A stretch of 64,000 nt of DNA from Auanema rhodensis (GCA_964057225.1 CAXKVF010000091.1:62001-126000); one strand, 5' to 3'; positions 1 to 13,902 are shown, numbered from the stretch's first letter. Numbers and translations: made by a program. The notes: generated by a model from the letters alone, not told the origin.

Positions 1-1
1 G

Positions 2-14
2 CATGGTAACCATG
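2..14. other. Dyad-symmetry element catggt-a-accatg, present in nearly every monomer (contains the BstEII site GGTNACC)
   Basis: 6-bp perfect arms around a central A. The common G1T variant extends it to tcatggt-a-accatga. Confidence 0.9.
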
Positions 15-88
15 ACTTTGAAATTTTCGTGAACTTTAATTTATGCTAATTAAATTTACACGTGATGTGCACTTGGTATGTAACTCGC

Positions 89-98
89 TTCACGTGAA
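89..98. other. Perfect 10-bp palindrome ttcacgtgaa (E-box/G-box core CACGTG) in the consensus monomer; a second CACGTG at monomer positions 59-64
   Basis: Read directly from the sequence. No binding function is demonstrated. Confidence 0.85.
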
Positions 99-3000
99 AG
101 ATGAAGAGATGCGGTTTTCAAAATTAGATTCCCCATGTCCATATTAGTCTAAAAACAAATTTTTATTGATATTGGTGCATGGTAACCATGACTTTGAAAT
201 TTACGTGAACTTTAATTTATGCTAATTAAATGTACACGTGATGTGCACTCGGTATGTAACTCGCTTCACGTGAAAGATGAAGAGATGCGGTTTTCAAAAT
301 TAGATTCCTCATGTCCATATTAGTCTAAAAACAAATTTTTATTGATATTGGTGCATGGTAACCATGACTTTGAAATTTACGTGAACTTTAATTTATGCTA
401 ATTAAATGTACACGTGATGTGCACTTGGTATGTAACTCGCTTCACGTGAAAGATAAAGAGATGCGGTTTTCAAAATTAGATTCCCCATGTCCATATTAGT
501 CTAAAAACAAATTTTTATTGATATTGGTGTATGGTAACCATGACTTTGGAATTTACGTGAACTTTAATTTATGCTAATTAAATGTACACGTGATGTGCAC
601 TTGGTATGTAACTCGCTTCACGTCAAAGATAAAGAGATGCGGTTTTTAAAATTAGATTCCCCTTGTCCATATTAGTCTAAAAACAAATTTTTATTGATAT
701 TGGTTCATGGTAACCATGACTTTGAAATTTACGTGAACTTTAATTTATGCTAATTAAATGTACACGTGATGTGCACTCGGTATGTAACTCGCTTCACGTG
801 AAAGATAAAGAGATGCGGTTTTCAAAATTAGATTCCCCATGTCCATATTAGTCTAAAAACAAATTTTTATTGATATTGGTGCGTGGTAACCATGACTTTG
901 AAATTTACGTGAACTTTAATTTATGCTAATTAAATGTACACGTGATGTGCACTTGGTATGTAACTCGCTTCACGTGAAAGATAAAGAGATGCGGTTTTCA
1001 AAATTAGATTCCCCATGTCCATATTAGTCTAAAAACAAATTTTTATTGATATTGGTGCATGGTAACCATGACTTTGAAATTTACGTGAACTTTAATTTAT
1101 GCTAATTAAATGTACACGTGATGTGCACTTGGTATGTAACTCGCTTCACGTGAAAGATAAAGAGATGCGGTTTTCAAAATTAGATTCCCCATGTCCATAT
1201 TAGTCTAAAAACAAATTTTTATTGATATTGGTGCATGGTAACCATGACTTTGAAATTTACGTGAACTTTAATTTATGCTAATTAAATGTACACGTGATGT
1301 GCACTTGGTATGTAACTCGCTTCACGTGAAAGATAAAGAGATGCGGTTTTCAAAATTAGATTCCCCATGTCCATATTAGTCTAAAAACAAATTTTTATTG
1401 ATATTGGTGCATGGTAACCATGACTTTGAAATTTACGTGAACTTTAATTTATGCTAATTAAATGTACACGTGATGTGCACTTGGTATGTAACTCGCTTCA
1501 CGTGAAAGATAAAGAGATGCGGTTTTCAAAATTAGATTCCCCATGTCCATATTAGTCTAAAAACAAATTTTTATTGATATTGGTTCATGGTAACCATGAC
1601 TTTGAAATTTACGTGAACTTTAATTTATGCTAATTAAATGTACACGTGATGTGCACTTGGTATGTAACTCGCTTCACGTAAAAGATAAAGAGATGCGGTT
1701 TTCAAAATTAGATTCCCCATGTCCATATTAGTCTAAAAACAAATTTTATTGATATTGGTTCATGGTAACCATGACTTTGAAATTTACGTGAACTTTAATT
1801 TATGCTAATTAAATGTACACGTGATGTGCACTTGGTATGTAACTCGCTTCACGTTAAAGATAAAGAGATGCGGTTTTCAAAATTAGATTCCCCATGTCCA
1901 TATTAGTCTAAAAACAAATTTTATTGATATTGGTTCATGGTAACCATGACTTTGAAATTTACGTGAACTTTAATTTATGCTAATTAAATGTACACGTGAT
2001 GTGCACTTGGTATGTAACTCGCTTCACGTAAAAGATAAAGAGATGCGGTTTTCAAAATTAGATTCCCCATGTCCATATTAGTCTAAAAACAAATTTTTAT
2101 TGATATTGGTGCATGGTAACCATGACTTTGAAATTTACGTGAACTTTAATTTATGCTAATTAAATGTACACGTGATGTGCACTTGGTATGTAACTCGCTT
2201 CACGTAAAAGATAAAGAGATGCGGTTTTCAAAATTAGATTCCCCATGTCCATATTAGTCTAAAAACAAATTTTTATTGATATTGGTGCATGGTAACCATG
2301 ACTTTGAAATTTACGTGAACTTTAATTTATGCTAATTAAATGTACACGTGATGTGCACTTGGTATGTAACTCGCTTCACGTGAAAGATAAAGAGATGCGG
2401 TTTTCAAAATTAGATTCCCCATGTCCATATTAGTCTAAAAACAAATTTTTATTGATATTGGTGCATGGTAACCATGACTTTGAAATTTACGTGAACTTTA
2501 ATTTATGCTAATTAAATGTACACGTGATGTGCACTTGGTATGTAACTCGCTTCACGTGAAAGATAAAGAGATGCGGTTTTCAAAATTAGATTCCCCATGT
2601 CCATATTAGTCTAAAAACAAATTTTTATTGATATTGGTGCATGGTAACCATGACTTTGAATTTTACGTGAACTTTAATTTATGCTAATTAAATGTACACG
2701 TGATGTGCACTTGGTATGTAACTCGCTTCACGTGAAAGATAAAGAGATGCGGTTTTCAAAATTAGATTCCCCATGTCCATATTAGTCTAAAAACAAATTT
2801 TTATTGATATTGGTACATGGTAACCATGACTTTGAAATTTACGTGAACTTTAATTTATGCTAATTAAATGTACACGTGATGTGCACTTGGTATGTAACTC
2901 GCTTCACGTGAAAGATAAAGAGATGCGGTTTTCAAAATTAGATTCCCCATGTCCATATTAGTCTAAAAACAAATTTTTATTGATATTGGTGCATGGTAAC

Positions 3001-4222
3001 CATGACTTTGAATTTTACGTGAACTTTAATTTATGCTAATTAAATGTACACGTGATGTGCACTTGGTATGTAACTCGCTTCACGTGAAAGATAAAGAGAT
3101 GCGGTTTTCAAAATTAGATTCCCCATGTCCATATTAGTCTAAAAACAAATTTTTATTGATATTGGTGTATGGTAACCATGACTTTGAAATTTACGTGAAC
3201 TTTAATTTATGCTAATTAAATGTACACGTGATGTGCACTTGGTATGTAACTCGCTTCACGTGAAAGATAAAGAGATGCGGTTTTCAAAATTAGATTCCCC
3301 ATGTCCATATTAGTCTAAAAACAAATTTTTATTGATATTGGTGCATGGTAACCATGACTTTGAAATTTACGTGAACTTTAATTTATGCTAATTAAATGTA
3401 CACGTGATGTGCACTTGGTATGTAACTCGCTTCACGTGAAAGATAAAGAGATGCGGTTTTCAAAATTAGATTCCCCATGTCCATATTAGTCTAAAAACAA
3501 ATTTTTATTGATATTGGTGCATGGTAACCATGACTTTGAAATTTACGTGAACTTTAATTTATGCTAATTAAATGTACACGTGATGTGCACTTGGTATGTA
3601 ACTCGCTTCACGTGAAAGATAAAGAGATGCGGTTTTCAAAATTAGATTCCCCATGTCCATATTAGTCTAAAAACAAATTTTTATTGATATTGGTGCATGG
3701 TAACCATGACTTTGAAATTTACGTGAACTTTAATTTATGCTAATTAAATGTACACGTGATGTGCACTTGGTATGTAACTCGCTTCACGTGAAAGATAAAG
3801 AGATGCGGTTTTCAAAATTAGATTCCCCATGTCCATATTAGTCTAAAAACAAATTTTTATTGATATTGGTGCATGGTAACCATGACTTTGAAATTTACGT
3901 GAACTTTAATTTATGCTAATTAAATGTACACGTGATGTGCACTTGGTATGTAACTCGCTTCACGTGAAAGATAAAGAGATGCGGTTTTCAAAATTAGATT
4001 CCCCATGTCCATATTAGTCTAAAAACAAATTTTTATTGATATTGGTGCATGGTAACCATGACTTTGAAATTTACGTGAACTTTAATTTATGCTAATTAAA
4101 TGTACACGTGATGTGCACTTGGTATGTAACTCGCTTCACGTGAAAGATAAAGAGATGCGGTTTTCAAAATTAGATTCCCCATGTCCATATTAGTCTAAAA
4201 ACAAATTTTTATTGATATTGGT

Positions 4223-5278
4223 GCATGGTAACCATGACTTTGAATTTTACGTGAACTTTAATTTATGCTAATTAAATGTACACGTGATGTGCACTTGGTA
4301 TGTAACTCGCTTCACGTGAAAGATAAAGAGATGCGGTTTTCAAAATTAGATTCCCCATGTCCATATTAGTCTAAAAACAAATTTTTATTGATATTGGTAC
4401 ATGGTAACCATGACTTTGAAATTTACGTGAACTTTAATTTATGCTAATTAAATGTACACGTGATGTGCACTTGGTATGTAACTCGCTTCACGTGAAAGAT
4501 AAAGAGATGCGGTTTTCAAAATTAGATTCCCCATGTCCATATTAGTCTAAAAACAAATTTTTATTGATATTGGTGCATGGTAACCATGACTTTGAATTTT
4601 ACGTGAACTTTAATTTATGCTAATTAAATGTACACGTGATGTGCACTTGGTATGTAACTCGCTTCACGTGAAAGATAAAGAGATGCGGTTTTCAAAATTA
4701 GATTCCCCATGTCCATATTAGTCTAAAAACAAATTTTTATTGATATTGGTGTATGGTAACCATGACTTTGAAATTTACGTGAACTTTAATTTATGCTAAT
4801 TAAATGTACACGTGATGTGCACTTGGTATGTAACTCGCTTCACGTGAAAGATAAAGAGATGCGGTTTTTAAAATTAGATTCCCCTTGTCCATATTAGTCT
4901 AAAAACAAATTTTTATTGATATTGGTTCATGGTAACCATGACTTTGAAATTTACGTGAACTTTAATTTATGCTAATTAAATGTACACGTGATGTGCACTT
5001 GGTATGTAACTCGATTCACGTGAAAGATAAAGAGATGCGGTTTTCAAAATTAGATTCCCCATGTCCATATTAGTCTAAAAACAAATTTTTATTGATATTG
5101 GTGCATGGTAACCATGACTTTGAAATTTACGTGAACTTTAATTTATGCTAATTAAATGTACACGTGATGTGCACTTGGTATGTAACTCGCTTCACGTGAA
5201 AGATAAAGAGATGCGGTTTTCAAAATTAGATTCCCCATGTCCATATTAGTCTAAAAACAAATTTTTATTGATATTGGT
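4223..5278. repeat. Multi-monomer block M25-M30, copied at 9502-10557 (M55-M60) and partly at 2639-3284 (M16-M19)
   Basis: Same ordered variants: A23T; G1A; A23T; C2T+C119T+A135T; G1T+C88A (tcgattcacg near 5014 and 10293). Offset is 30 monomers (5279 bp). Confidence 0.85.
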
Positions 5279-8093
5279 GCATGGTAACCATGACTTTGAA
5301 ATTTACGTGAACTTTAATTTATGCTAATTAAATGTACACGTGATGTGCACTTGGTATGTAACTCGCTTCACGTGAAAGATAAAGAGATGCGGTTTTCAAA
5401 ATTAGATTCCCCATGTCCATATTAGTCTAAAAACAAATTTTTATTGATATTGGTTCATGGTAACCATGACTTTGAAATTTACGTGAACTTTAATTTATGC
5501 TAATTAAATGTACACGTGATGTGCACTTGGTATGTAACTCGCTTCACGTGAAAGATAAAGAGATGCGGTTTTCAAAATTAGATTCCCCATGTCCATATTA
5601 GTCTAAAAACAAATTTTTATTGATATTGGTGCATGGTAACCATGACTTTGAAATTTACGTGAACTTTAATTTATGCTAATTAAATGTACACGTGATGTGC
5701 ACTTGGTATGTAACTCGCTTCACGTAAAAGATAAAGAAATGCGGTTTTCAAAATTAGATTCCCCATGTCCATATTAGTCTAAAAACAAATTTTTATTGAT
5801 ATTGGTTCATGGTAACCATGACTTTGAAATTTACGTGAACTTTAATTTATGCTAATTAAATGTACACGTGATGTGCACTTGGTATGTAACTCGCTTCACG
5901 TAAAAGATAAAGAGATGCGGTTTTCAAAATTAGATTCCCCATGTCCATATTAGTCTAAAAACAAATTTTTATTGATATTGGTGCATGGTAACCATGACTT
6001 TGAATTTTACGTGAACTTTAATTTATGCTAATTAAATGTACACGTGATGTGCACTTGGTATGTAACTCGCTTCACGTTAAAGATAAAGAGATGCGGTTTT
6101 CAAAATTAGATTCCCCATGTCCATATTAGTCTAAAAACAAATTTTATTGATATTGGTTCATGGTAACCATGACTTTGAAATTTACGTGAACTTTAATTTA
6201 TGCTAATTAAATGTACACGTGATGTGCACTTGGTATGTAACTCGCTTCACGTAAAAGATAAAGAGATGCGGTTTTCAAAATTAGATTCCCCATGTCCATA
6301 TTAGTCTAAAAACAAATTTTTATTGATATTGGTGCATGGTAACCATGACTTTGAATTTTACGTGAACTTTAATTTATGCTAATTAAATGTACACGTGATG
6401 TGCACTTGGTATGTAACTCGCTTCACGTGAAAGATAAAGAGATGCGGTTTTCAAAATCAGATTCCCCATGTCCATATTAGTCTAAAAACAAATTTTTATT
6501 GATATTGGTTCATGGTAACCATGACTTTGAAATTTACGTGAACTTTAATTTATGCTAATTAAATGTACACGTGATGTGCACTTGGTATGTAACTCGCTTC
6601 ACGTAAAAGATAAAGAGATGCGGTTTTCAAAATTAGATTCCCCATGTCCATATTAGTCTAAAAACAAATTTTTATTGATATTGGTGCATGGTAACCATGA
6701 CTTTGAAATTTACGTGAACTTTAATTTATGCTAATTAAATGTACACGTGATGTGCACTTGGTATGTAACTCGCTTCAAGTGAAAGATAAAGAGATGCGGT
6801 TTTCAAAATTAGATTCCCCATGTCCATATTAGTCTAAAAACAAATTTTTATTGATATTGGTGCATGGTAACCATGACTTTGAAATTTACGTGAACTTTAA
6901 TTTATGCTAATTAAATGTACACGTGATGTGCACTTGGTATGTAACTCGCTTCACGTGAAAGATAAAGAGATGCGGTTTTCAAAATTAGATTCCCCATGTC
7001 CATATTAGTCTAAAAACAAATTTTTATTGATATTGGTTCATGGTAACCATGACTTTGAAATTTACGTGAACTTTAATTTATGCTAATTAAATGTACACGT
7101 GATGTGCACTTGGTATGTAACTCGCTTCACGTGAAAGATAAAGAGATGCGGTTTTCAAAATTAGATTCCCCATGTCCATATTAGTCTAAAAACAAATTTT
7201 TATTGATATTGGTGCATGGTAACCATGACTTTGAAATTTACGTGAACTTTAATTTATGCTAATTAAATGTACACGTGATGTGCACTTGGTATGTAACTCG
7301 CTTCACGTGAAAGATAAAGAGATGCGGTTTTCAAAATTAGATTCCCCATGTCCATATTAGTCTAAAAACAAATTTTTATTGATATTGCTTCATGGTAACC
7401 ATGACTTTGAAATTTACGTGAACTTTAATTTATGCTAATTAAATGTACACGTGATGTGCACTTGGTATGTAACTCGCTTCACGTGAAAGATAAAGAGATG
7501 CGGTTTTCAAAATTAGATTCCCCATGTCCATATTAGTCTAAAAACAAATTTTTATTGATATTGGTGCATGGTAACCATGACTTTGAAATTTACGTGAACT
7601 TTAATTTATGCTAATTAAATGTACACGTGATGTGCACTTGGTATGTAACTCGCTTCACGTAAAAGATAAAGAAATGCGGTTTTCAAAATTAGATTCCCCA
7701 TGTCCATATTAGTCTAAAAACAAATTTTTATTGATATTGGTTCATGGTAACCATGACTTTGAAATTTACGTGAACTTTAATTTATGCTAATTAAATGTAC
7801 ACGTGATGTGCACTTGGTATGTAACTCGCTTCACGTGAAAGATAAAGAGATGCGGTTTTCAAAATTAGATTCCCCATGTCCATATTAGTCTAAAAACAAA
7901 TTTTTATTGATATTGCTTCATGGTAACCATGACTTTGAAATTTACGTGAACTTTAATTTATGCTAATTAAATGTACACGTGATGTGCACTTGGTATGTAA
8001 CTCGCTTCACGTGAAAGATAAAGAGATGCGGTTTTCAAAATTAGATTCCCCATGTCCATATTAGTCTAAAAACAAATTTTTATTGATATTGGT

Positions 8094-9501
8094 TCATGGT
8101 AACCATGACTTTGAAATTTACGTGAACTTTAGTTTATGCTAATTAAATGTACACGTGATGTGCACTTGGTATGTAACTCGCTTCACGTGAAAGATAAAGA
8201 GATGCGGTTTTCAAAATTAGATTCCCCATGTCCATATTAGTCTAAAAACAAATTTTTATTGATATTGGTTCATGGTAACCATGACTTTGAAATTTACGTG
8301 AACTTTAGTTTATGCTAATTAAATGTACACGTGATGTGCACTTGGTATGTAACTCGCTTCACGTGAAAGATAAAGAGATGCGGTTTTCAAAATTAGATTC
8401 CCCATGTCCATATTAGTCTAAAAACAAATTTTTATTGATATTGGTGCATGGTAACCATGACTTTGAAATTTACGTGAACTTTAATTTATGCTAATTAAAT
8501 GTACACGTGATGTGCACTTGGTATGTAACTCGCTTCACGTGAAAGATAAAGAGATGCGGTTTTCAAAATTAGATTCCCCATGTCCATATTAGTCTAAAAA
8601 CAAATTTTTATTGATATTGGTGCATGGTAACCATGACTTTGAAATTTACGTGAACTTTAATTTATGCTAATTAAATGTACACGTGATGTGCACTTGGTAT
8701 GTAACTCGCTTCACGTGAAAGATAAAGAGATGCGGTTTTCAAAATTAGATTCCCCATGTCCATATTAGTCTAAAAACAAATTTTTATTGATATTGGTTCA
8801 TGGTAACCATGACTTTGAAATTTACGTGAACTTTAGTTTATGCTAATTAAATGTACACGTGATGTGCACTTGGTATGTAACTCGCTTCACGTGAAAGATA
8901 AAGAGATGCGGTTTTCAAAATTAGATTCCCCATGTCCATATTAGTCTAAAAACAAATTTTTATTGATATTGGTTCATGGTAACCATGACTTTGAAATTTA
9001 CGTGAACTTTAGTTTATGCTAATTAAATGTACACGTGATGTGCACTTGGTATGTAACTCGCTTCACGTGAAAGATAAAGAGATGCGGTTTTCAAAATTAG
9101 ATTCCCCATGTCCATATTAGTCTAAAAACAAATTTTTATTGATATTGGTGCATGGTAACCATGACTTTGAAATTTACGTGAACTTTAATTTATGCTAATT
9201 AAATGTACACGTGATGTGCACTTGGTATGTAACTCGCTTCACGTGAAAGATAAAGAGATGCGGTTTTCAAAATTAGATTCCCCATGTCCATATTAGTCTA
9301 AAAACAAATTTTTATTGATATTGGTGCATGGTAACCATGACTTTGAAATTTACGTGAACTTTAATTTATGCTAATTAAATGTACACGTGATGTGCACTTG
9401 GTATGTAACTCGCTTCACGTGAAAGATAAAGAGATGCGGTTTTCAAAATTAGATTCCCCATGTCCATATTAGTCTAAAAACAAATTTTTATTGATATTGG
9501 T
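8094..9501. repeat. Tandem duplication of a 4-monomer (704-bp) unit, M47-50 / M51-54
   Basis: The pattern (G1T+A39G, G1T+A39G, consensus, consensus) occurs twice in a row. Confidence 0.8.
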
Positions 9502-12500
9502 GCATGGTAACCATGACTTTGAATTTTACGTGAACTTTAATTTATGCTAATTAAATGTACACGTGATGTGCACTTGGTATGTAACTCGCTTCACGTGAAA
9601 GATAAAGAGATGCGGTTTTCAAAATTAGATTCCCCATGTCCATATTAGTCTAAAAACAAATTTTTATTGATATTGGTACATGGTAACCATGACTTTGAAA
9701 TTTACGTGAACTTTAATTTATGCTAATTAAATGTACACGTGATGTGCACTTGGTATGTAACTCGCTTCACGTGAAAGATAAAGAGATGCGGTTTTCAAAA
9801 TTAGATTCCCCATGTCCATATTAGTCTAAAAACAAATTTTTATTGATATTGGTGCATGGTAACCATGACTTTGAATTTTACGTGAACTTTAATTTATGCT
9901 AATTAAATGTACACGTGATGTGCACTTGGTATGTAACTCGCTTCACGTGAAAGATAAAGAGATGCGGTTTTCAAAATTAGATTCCTCATGTCCATATTAG
10001 TCTAAAAACAAATTTTTATTGATATTGGTGTATGGTAACCATGACTTTGAAATTTACGTGAACTTTAATTTATGCTAATTAAATGTACACGTGATGTGCA
10101 CTTGGTATGTAACTCGCTTCACGTGAAAGATAAAGAGATGCGGTTTTTAAAATTAGATTCCCCTTGTCCATATTAGTCTAAAAACAAATTTTTATTGATA
10201 TTGGTTCATGGTAACCATGACTTTGAAATTTACGTGAACTTTAATTTATGCTAATTAAATGTACACGTGATGTGCACTTGGTATGTAACTCGATTCACGT
10301 GAAAGATAAAGAGATGCGGTTTTCAAAATTAGATTCCCCATGTCCATATTAGTCTAAAAACAAATTTTTATTGATATTGGTGCATGGTAACCATGACTTT
10401 GAAATTTACGTGAACTTTAATTTATGCTAATTAAATGTACACGTGATGTGCACTTGGTATGTAACTCGCTTCACGTGAAAGATAAAGAGATGCGGTTTTC
10501 AAAATTAGATTCCCCATGTCCATATTAGTCTAAAAACAAATTTTTATTGATATTGGTGCATGGTAACCATGACTTTGAAATTTACGTGAACTTTAATTTA
10601 TGCTAATTAAATGTACACGTGATGTGCACTTGGTATGTAACTCGCTTCACGTGAAAGATAAAGAGATGCGGTTTTCAAAATTAGATTCCCCATGTCCATA
10701 TTAGTCTGAAAACAAATTTTTATTGATATTGGTGCATGGTAACCATGACTTTGAAATTTACGTGAACTTTAATTTATGCTAATTAAATGTACACGTGATG
10801 TGCACTTGGTATGTAACTCGCTTCACATGAAAGATAAAGAGATATGGTTTTCAAAATTAGATTCCCCTTGTCCATATTAGTCTAAAAACAAATTTTTATT
10901 GATATTGGTGCATGGTAACCATGACTTTGAAATTTACGTGAACTTTAATTTATGCTAATTAAATGTACACGTGATGTGCACTTGGTATGTAACTCGCTTC
11001 ACGTGAAAGATAAAGAGATGCGGTTTTCAAAATTAGATTTCCCATGTCCATATTAGTCTAAAAACAAATTTTTATTGATATTGGTTCATGGTAACCATGA
11101 CTTTGAAATTTACGTGAACTTTAATTTATGCTAATTAAATGTACACGTGATGTGCACTTGGTATGTAACTCGCTTCACGTGAAAGATAAAGAGATGCGGT
11201 TTTCAAAATTAGATTCCCCATGTCCATATTAGTCTAAAAACAAATTTTTATTGATATTGGTGCATGGTAACCATGACTTTGAAATTTACGTGAACTTTAA
11301 TTTATGCTAATTAAATGTACACGTGATGTGCACTTGGTATGTAACTCGCTTCACGTGAAAGATAAAGAGATGCGGTTTTCAAAATTAGATTCCCCATGTC
11401 CATATTAGTCTAAAAACAAATTTTTATTGATATTGGTGCATGGTAACCATGACTTTGAAATTTACGTGAACTTTAATTTATGCTAATTAAATGTACACGT
11501 GATGTGCACTTGGTATGTAACTCGCTTCACGTGAAAGATAAAGAGATGCGGTTTTCAAAATTAGATTCCCCATGTCCATATTAGTCTAAAAACAAATTTT
11601 TATTGATATTGCTTCATGGTAACCATGACTTTGAAATTTACGTGAACTTTAATTTATGCTAATTAAATGTACACGTGATGTGCACTTGGTATGTAACTCG
11701 CTTCACGTGAAAGATAAAGAGATGCGGTTTTCAAAATTAGATTCCCCATGTCCATATTAGTCTAAAAACAAATTTTTATTGATATTGGTTCATGGTAACC
11801 ATGACTTTGAAATTTACGTGAACTTTAGTTTATGCTAATTAAATGTACACGTGATGTGCACTTGGTATGTAACTCGCTTCACGTGAAAGATAAAGAGATG
11901 CGGTTTTCAAAATTAGATTCCCCATGTCCATATTAGTCTAAAAACAAATTTTTATTGATATTGGTGCATGGTAACCATGACTTTGAAATTTACGTGAACT
12001 TTAATTTATGCTAATTAAATGTACACGTGATGTGCACTTGGTATGTAACTCGCTTCACGTGAAAGATAAAGAGATGCGGTTTTCAAAATTAGATTCCCCA
12101 TGTCCATATTAGTCTAAAAACAAATTTTTATTGATATTGGTGCATGGTAACCATGACTTTGAAATTTACGTGAACTTTAATTTATGCTAATTAAATGTAC
12201 ACGTGATGTGCACTTGGTATGTAACTCGCTTCACGTGAAAGATAAAGAGATGCGGTTTTCAAAATTAGATTCCCCATGTCCATATTAGTCTAAAAACAAA
12301 TTTTTATTGATATTGGTGCATGGTAACCATGACTTTGAATTTTACGTGAACTTTAATTTATGCTAATTAAATGTACACGTGATGTGCACTTGGTATGTAA
12401 CTCGCTTCACGTGAAAGATAAAGAGATGCGGTTTTCAAAATTAGATTCCCCATGTCCATATTAGTCTAAAAACAAATTTTTATTGATATTGGTTCATGGT

Positions 12501-13902
12501 AACCATGACTTTGAAATTTACGTGAACTTTAGTTTATGCTAATTAAATGTACACGTGATGTGCACTTGGTATGTAACTCGCTTCACGTGAAAGATAAAGA
12601 GATGCGGTTTTCAAAATTAGATTCCCCATGTCCATATTAGTCTAAAAACAAATTTTTATTGATATTGGTGCATGGTAACCATGACTTTGAAATTTACGTG
12701 AACTTTAATTTATGCTAATTAAATGTACACGTGATGTGCACTTGGTATGTAACTCGCTTCACGTGAAAGATAAAGAGATGCGGTTTTCAAAATTAGATTC
12801 CCCATGTCCATATTAGTCTGAAAACAAATTTTTATTGATATTGGTGCATGGTAACCATGACTTTGAAATTTACGTGAACTTTAATTTATGCTAATTAAAT
12901 GTACACGTGATGTGCACTTGGTATGTAACTCGCTTCACATGAAAGATAAAGAGAAGCGGTTTTCAAAATTAGATTCCCCTTGTCCATATTAGTCTAAAAA
13001 CAAATTTTTATTGATATTGGTGCATGGTAACCATGACTTTGAATTTTACGTGAACTTTAATTTATGCTAATTAAATGTACACGTGATGTGCACTTGGTAT
13101 GTAACTCGCTTCACGTGAAAGATAAAGAGATGCGGTTTTCAAAATTAGATTTCCCATGTCCATATTAGTCCAAAAACAAATTTTTATTGATATTGGTTCA
13201 TGGTAACCATGACTTTGAAATTTACGTGAACTTTAATTTATGCTAATTAAATGTACACGTGATGTGCACTTGGTATGTAACTCGCTTCACGTGAAAGATA
13301 AAGAGATGCGGTTTTCAAAATTAGATTCCCCATGTCCATATTAGTCTAAAAACAAATTTTTATCGATATTGGTGCATGGTAACCATGACTTTGAAATTTA
13401 CGTGAACTTTAATTTATGCTAATTAAATGTACACGTGATGTGCACTTGGTATGTAACTCGCTTCACGTGAAAGATAAAGAGATGCGGTTTTCAAAATTAG
13501 ATTCCCCATGTCCATATTAGTCTAAAAACAAATTTTTATTGATATTGCTTCATGGTAACCATGACTTTGAAATTTACGTGAACTTTAATTTATGCTAATT
13601 AAATGTACACGTGATGTGCACTTGGTATGTAACTCGCTTCACGTGAAAGATAAAGAGATGCGGTTTTCAAAATTAGATTCCCCATGTCCATATTAGTCTA
13701 AAAACAAATTTTTATTGATATTGGTTCATGGTAACCATGACTTTGAAATTTACGTGAACTTTAGTTTATGCTAATTAAATGTACACGTGATGTGCACTTG
13801 GTATGTAACTCGCTTCACGTGAAAGATAAAGAGATGCGGTTTTCAAAATTAGATTCCCCATGTCCATATTAGTCTAAAAACAAATTTTTATTGATATTGG
13901 TG

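Noticed and set aside
80-120. CENP-B box
   Set aside because: The core TTCG-N4-A-N2-CGGG is absent on both strands of the consensus; only ctcg and gcgg occur, at the wrong spacing.
1-176. Identity with Brassica CentBr (176 bp), Arabidopsis CEN178 or primate alpha satellite
   Set aside because: Only the length is similar. There is no HindIII AAGCTT site and no resemblance to those consensus sequences as I recall them. Not confirmed by a database search.
1-176. Tandem 5S rRNA, tRNA, snRNA or spliced-leader gene array
   Set aside because: No recognisable 5S or tRNA sequence, Pol III A/B/C boxes or cloverleaf. At 32% GC it fits satellite DNA better. An Rfam/Infernal scan would settle it.
170-190. 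RFX X-box (GTTNCCATGGNAAC-type) at the monomer junction
   Set aside because: Only the right half, CATGGTAAC, matches. The left half-site is missing or mis-spaced even in the gctt allele.
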